From positions 1 through 29,249 of the IMG/VR virus record IMGVR_UViG_3300030433_002105: a DNA stretch of 29,249 bases, one strand, 5' to 3'. The position numbers were made by a program, and so were the translations under genes. Shown here piece by piece: positions 26,701-29,249 of the stretch. The notes under the pieces are model-generated. The model did no database searches. It saw nothing but the letters and a program-made list of their open reading frames with translations, and was not told the origin of the DNA. The DNA is from a virus. Lineage: Duplodnaviria; Caudoviricetes. The first letter of the stretch is position 1. Every line of letters begins with the position of its first letter.

Positions 26701-29249
26701 CATTGGCGACACTGATGCACAAGAAATGATTGAAAAAAGAATGATGGAAGTCAAAAGACAAGCACCGCCTCGCGATGGTGGTGAAATAAAACTCAACAAT
26801 CACGAAGAGCGCATGAGCAATGTTGTTGATACTTTACGCGCGCAAGAAAAGATATTCAAAGTGTTGCGACCAGCGATTGAGAAAATATATCCCGGCGTTT
26901 ACACAAACGATGCACGCGAAGCAAACGCGGCTACTGCTTATACACTCAAACTTGCAGAACAAATCGCTATGCTGTCCCCCGATGAAAGAGAGAAATTGTT
27001 CAGTGGAGAAAACAACATACGGTTAGGAAAAAAGAGTGCTTCGTTTAATTTATCAAGGGAAGAGATTGAAGAATTAAAAAACTTGAATGTAAAGCGTGAT
27101 GTCCATTTTGGTTCATCGTTTGAAGCAAGCAAATTGCTTGAAAATACATTTGGTGGTGTTCAACCAAAAGGATACAAAGTGCTTTCACATCTCGCGAAGG
27201 ATTCAATCAACATAGACGAAGAAGAAATCAAGATGTTTGACCAACTTATTAGCAATGTCAAAAAAGCCGCGGGGGAGCAGAACATCAGTTTCCGCGAAGC
27301 ATTTGCGGCAAGATATTATCCAACAAACAACGAAGGAAGACCGTTGACTGGTGAAGAACGAAGCATCGCGTTTGACGCTTTGGAAGGCATAAAAAGAAGA
27401 GTGGGCGGTATGGGGTTCAATGAAGGAGGCATATTCCGCGGTAATCCAATCTTTAGGCATGGTGGTGAATCAATACTTGATGGCAAGAACAAACCAATCA
27501 GTATGAATAAGGAGCGCGAAATCATCTTCAAGTTACTACACAACGGTTTCGCTCAAACAAGAGAAGGTAGTGATGTAGCGTTGGACTTCAAAGGAATGAA
27601 GTTTTTTAGAGGTAACAAACCGAACACCAAGAAAGTGATGAACTTCAACAAACTATCATCGTTGAATAATATTGCTTCATTGCTTGATAAGGTCACATCA
27701 ACACAGATGTTTGACAAATCATCAGCGACCGAATCACTTGTCGCGATGGGCGGATACAATCATAACAACGCACCTGTTGTCCCTGTCTCAACAAGCGCGA
27801 ATAAGAAGTTTGACGGTGGCTTCGGGACTAAACTTCCATTCATTGCAAGACCCGACTCTTTGGCTCAAGGTATGTTGTATCTTGAAGACGAAGACACACA
27901 TGTTTACAATCCTCCGCCAGCACAGCAAATGGTTTCTTTGAGAAACATGATGAGGCGCGTCAATCCACAATTGTCTCCTTTACCCAAACCCCAACCAAAC
28001 GACAAATACTTTCAAGGATACCAACTCTTTAGTGATGAACCAAACCTCAACATTCGTATGGGTCAAGCGGCTAATCAAGCGATGGCTACTGGAACAGAAG
28101 CGTTACAGTCCACAGATGATTCGTTGAGAACATACTCATCACATCTCCTTGATGTCGCGTTGGATGACACACTCATTATCAAAGACGACGGTAAACCTCA
28201 ACCAATCAAGTTCATGCATCGTATCTTTGAGTTATCCGACTTACAACATTTGCGCGGGTTTGTTGGTGATTGGGTTATCAGTTTGTATCCTCACGGCGAG
28301 CATGTTATTGTAAGCAAAGACAAAAAAGGCATGACAGCATACAATGTTGATGGGGAAGTGGAGTTAGATGAGACTATTTTGGAGGAAGCGGACAAAGTTT
28401 ACGAAAAGGACTTCACGGTTCACGCGGTTCTTCATGATGGAATAATGACGGTCATTGACCTGTTGAAGACAGCAGATGAAGACACACACAACATGCCGAC
28501 CAAAGATAGAATCCGGCATCTTCGCGCTCAATACGAATCAAGTGAACATATCAAAATGCCCGAACCAATCAACACAAAGCGTAGCGACGATGAAGGACTG
28601 CAAGTTGCTGTTGATGGATTGAGAAAAGAAAACAGCGACATGGATATTTTGCTACGCGACGCAAACGCTACTTACATGAAAGGTGAACCTCGTCATCCTA
28701 AATGGGTGTTGTTGAGCAAAGAGAAAATGGTTGATGTAATCATACTTTCAAGAAATGGCAAATCATACACGGTTGGTGTGGGTCCACTTATGCATCCCGA
28801 ACATTACGGTAAGCGCGCGCAACAAGTTGGTGAAGAACACTACATGAATATAGGAAGCGCAAAGGGTCCGCGTGGTTTGAAAGTTGGAGACTTCGCGACT
28901 ATCCGTTGCACAGGTGTAAGTTCATCAAACGGTGAACACACTACTTACCGTGTCCGTTCAGCCAAGATAACTGATGATGAACCGCTTGCCGCTGACAGTG
29001 TTGAAACGCTCGCTGTTATGTCGGGCGACCATCATGTTCCTCAACAGGTCAACATGAAGAAAGGCAAAATCACAATATTTTTCCCATCGTTTGACGATGA
29101 AGTTATTTGTAAAACGCGCAAAGAAGAGGGTGATTGGTATGTTGAGCCGGAATCATCTCTATGGGGCAACGACTATCTTGTTGAGTTAGCACGCGACCAA
29201 GAAGCATACTGGATTGCAAAAGCCGCTTGGCTCTTGATGAAGGAAGATG
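23711..29249 (+). CDS. Giant protein (at least 1846 aa, runs off the window) with a degenerate ATP-dependent DNA ligase-like domain from ~28260
   Basis: GAGGTGAT RBS then GTG 23711 (MREDALQYHQRVVNEF...). I found no stop in this frame up to the window end, which explains its absence from the ORF track. Ligase-like motifs occur in order: WVISLYPHGEH, MTVIDLL, MPTKDRIRHL, DILLRDANATY, HPKWVLL, MVDVIIL. Confidence 0.85.
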   Translation, partial: MREDALQYHQRVVNEFAQAVINKEDARDEAVNVLLSANNLENQGYSNVIFKKEAEDVLKPLLEIKNPSDKGMERIFSAKTTRHEPAPVRHHKSRRLFDDKMWTDAMATDNQDEIDRMVRKFIARRFNDTIPDIAGRGVDGVVGKHSKFKALNLHPPRKGQIAFGEKPLWQHLMKYLHSDGGKNAERLHKAMVDVANKMHPVLKQPHLFSNWRGNNATVMKIYKRGKDDFIKAFGERYGQDHPLLSHPLLDEFFIRHKHWENEGIPRDEVFDILYESNGMPTQEGKGQSPVELLRELADTYNDTRRRPKEGEANFGRVGDDAHRLGISMLPYDDIYRIKRWMLETSGGMNEDGTVGNDKIINDILGPDARGFMAHHAYMIDNLLNTLHAGGAERNGMSHVIPNRFLGKTMEEVTRDITKRHQVVRQKLQDGRWSTLGDDALQNALEGFDFNQKVKEYVQKNPNTEVIDDDDNPIYPHIDHSEYGDFIYMSSELPDLRQLTARGFFQKEELDDLIERGVIAYGSKEYSDMLRQSVADYTHTHNIADEFDMLDEPTVHQTPLGILMEGVGSRRGNANGESGDFGVALDTAMPNMIRVPLPTTSFMMPARGEREASGSQRTVEQQDVFDPKKETDGQLRQDLSNTLQRYGIEDEEKYLGMFDNGEVVSLNVPRREMATQDVAEGIINPYTAERNPDSLASPRGQIEQFVEGMPSPMSIATKGLHSFYMAHSNDLGISMQDHNGFFSLDGIPARSTETALKTPMYSTRKARIGSQANNRRTLFNRMQLPGDHQGSVARQFGITKDDYSNEDKLLIDAFLLGIHHPLHEHDDDSLALFNALMDANKGERMDIIKNGIHKDIIGSGGRTGEDMLRELLQDVSEPTHHAIYHKEDYDDHMAKLVNFNEPYELPEAQIKGIKSRGRLIQSIKELDQQYRRAFEDGDDAKKDELHRRIETLLDSEDSVVGYREHEDGLSALVVGPTPSYLASQHYAMLGNALQKARNIGDTDAQEMIEKRMMEVKRQAPPRDGGEIKLNNHEERMSNVVDTLRAQEKIFKVLRPAIEKIYPGVYTNDAREANAATAYTLKLAEQIAMLSPDEREKLFSGENNIRLGKKSASFNLSREEIEELKNLNVKRDVHFGSSFEASKLLENTFGGVQPKGYKVLSHLAKDSINIDEEEIKMFDQLISNVKKAAGEQNISFREAFAARYYPTNNEGRPLTGEERSIAFDALEGIKRRVGGMGFNEGGIFRGNPIFRHGGESILDGKNKPISMNKEREIIFKLLHNGFAQTREGSDVALDFKGMKFFRGNKPNTKKVMNFNKLSSLNNIASLLDKVTSTQMFDKSSATESLVAMGGYNHNNAPVVPVSTSANKKFDGGFGTKLPFIARPDSLAQGMLYLEDEDTHVYNPPPAQQMVSLRNMMRRVNPQLSPLPKPQPNDKYFQGYQLFSDEPNLNIRMGQAANQAMATGTEALQSTDDSLRTYSSHLLDVALDDTLIIKDDGKPQPIKFMHRIFELSDLQHLRGFVGDWVISLYPHGEHVIVSKDKKGMTAYNVDGEVELDETILEEADKVYEKDFTVHAVLHDGIMTVIDLLKTADEDTHNMPTKDRIRHLRAQYESSEHIKMPEPINTKRSDDEGLQVAVDGLRKENSDMDILLRDANATYMKGEPRHPKWVLLSKEKMVDVIILSRNGKSYTVGVGPLMHPEHYGKRAQQVGEEHYMNIGSAKGPRGLKVGDFATIRCTGVSSSNGEHTTYRVRSAKITDDEPLAADSVETLAVMSGDHHVPQQVNMKKGKITIFFPSFDDEVICKTRKEEGDWYVEPESSLWGNDYLVELARDQEAYWIAKAAWLLMKED

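Noticed and set aside
23813-27970. Many short ORFs on both strands in the ORF track
   Set aside because: They are shadows of the single long plus-strand frame starting at 23711. The same applies to short antisense ORFs inside the other long genes.
28199-28213. QPIKF as another copy of the AQPI[DE]FG motif
   Set aside because: It has a charge reversal, lacks the flanking A and G, and sits at the edge of a folded domain, so it may be chance.
28260-28980. Annotation as a functional DNA ligase
   Set aside because: The motif I Lys and Asp, the motif III/IV acidic pattern and the motif V Lys are not preserved.

Overview
The window is a densely packed, almost entirely plus-strand segment of a large tailed dsDNA virus (Caudoviricetes) covering the head-assembly and packaging region. 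It includes a clear large terminase (16192-17592), a portal-like protein (20772-22622) and a probable small terminase (10805-11473). Recurrent GGTGA-type ribosome-binding sites and TATA-like elements point to an archaeal host. The overall look fits Marine Group II (Poseidoniales) 'magroviruses', but that assignment is inference. Main highlights: (1) a compact operon with an Arf/Sar-like small GTPase flanked by three small membrane proteins and two Q-rich proteins (7317-10518), a candidate viral membrane-remodelling or egress system; (2) a W-x-hydrophobic-[LM]-K peptide tag shared by many unrelated head-region proteins; (3) a second motif, AQPI[DE]FG, shared by three large proteins; (4) an ORF of at least 1846 codons, missing from the ORF track, that carries a ligase-like domain lacking its catalytic lysines; (5) a LAGLIDADG fusion next to the portal; (6) a structured, repeat-rich non-coding region at 60-450; (7) apparent strong k-mer avoidance and CGCG enrichment. 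All calls come from reading motifs by eye; no database searches were run.
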